A DNA stretch of 64,000 nt, taken from positions 289,726,001-289,790,000 of the forward strand of contig OZ024742.1 in the NCBI GenBank assembly GCA_964016885.1, written 5' to 3'. The notes beneath the pieces are model-generated. The model saw only the letters and a program-made list of their open reading frames with translations. It did not search any database and was not told the origin of the DNA. This stretch comes from Eledone cirrhosa (lineage: Eukaryota). The translations under genes were made by a program, and so were the position numbers. Every line of letters begins with the position of its first letter. Position 1 is the stretch's first letter. This document shows, piece by piece, positions 63,247-64,000 of the stretch.

Positions 63247-63550
63247 TGGTGGCTGCCAACTCGTTTTCGAGTACGACCACTACTTTATATTCATGTAGGA
63301 GAACTCCTACCGATGCCCTGAACAAGTGTGACTTTTTAGTCCAGCCAACGTATTGAAAACTCTGGTACAAACACTACACTTGTGACAATTATTGACACAT
63401 AGTGCTGGGCCCATGGTACCACGTGACAACAAGTGCAGAGAGATCTCCAGATATAAAGCAATGCCTGTGCCGTGAAGCTTTTATAGTGAGCAAAGGCACT
63501 GCACAAAGCCAGTCCCACTCTCTTAACCAAGATGATATTTACCAAAAAGA
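63247..63550. repeat. Copy of the 4156 interspersed repeat
   Basis: Near-identical to 4156-4460. Confidence 0.8.
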
Positions 63551-63568
63551 TATATATACATACATACA

Positions 63569-63604
<36 letters not shown>

Positions 63605-64000
63605 TACATACACATACATACACACATGTATATATACATACATATATACATACATACACAACTAGTTAGGAAATTACAAGTACAATCCATTAATGGAACA
63701 GTAAAAATATGTAAAACATTCCAAAAATTTTGCATCTAATAACTGCATATACACATGTACAGATACAAAGCATATACACAGGCACACATACAATAACATC
63801 CATATCTACACATGCATGCATACATAATCTACCTAGTTGATGTTGTGTAAATTCCAATGAGAGAGTCTTGTGTCTACGTTAGAAACCGACTCTCTCTCTA
63901 TTGGGAAAAAATTTGTGAAATCATAAAACCAGAAGAACATACATACATACATATATGGTGACAATTATTGACACATGGTGCTGGGCCCATGGTACCATGT

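Noticed and set aside
63855-63910. Hairpin ccaatgagagagtc...gactctctctctattgg as HHR stem II
   Set aside because: The flanking core boxes are too degenerate to call.

Overview
AT-rich animal genomic DNA full of (TA)n/(CA)n microsatellites, most likely cephalopod/Octopus (inferred from the repeat landscape, not proven). The window lies inside a minus-strand ankyrin-repeat gene, tentatively ANKRD26-like. I reconstructed six GT-AG exons by hand: 55192-55298, 51281-51375, 47887-48132, 45708-45874, 8639-8811 and 2830-2914; one junction is phase-incompatible, so at least one exon is probably missing, perhaps at the 200-N gap. The introns hold about 20 mostly 5'-truncated RTE-clade LINE pieces with (ATG)n tails and a PHD-like finger inside the RT. 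They also hold CR1-like and R4/Dong-like remnants, two tRNA-headed SINE families, Helitron-like elements and an 83-bp minisatellite. The main unannotated signal is a set of short non-coding inserts in the TA microsatellites carrying minimal type-I hammerhead ribozyme (HHR) folds from at least 7 unrelated sequence families. Several occur as tandem or circularly permuted monomers (442, ~513, 520 and 1303 nt) with fold-back inversions, and a Penelope-type GIY-YIG remnant lies among them. Together they look like a diverse retrozyme / non-autonomous Penelope-like system. All folds were read by eye; no activity is shown. The many YIYI/CVCV ORFs in the track are microsatellite artefacts.
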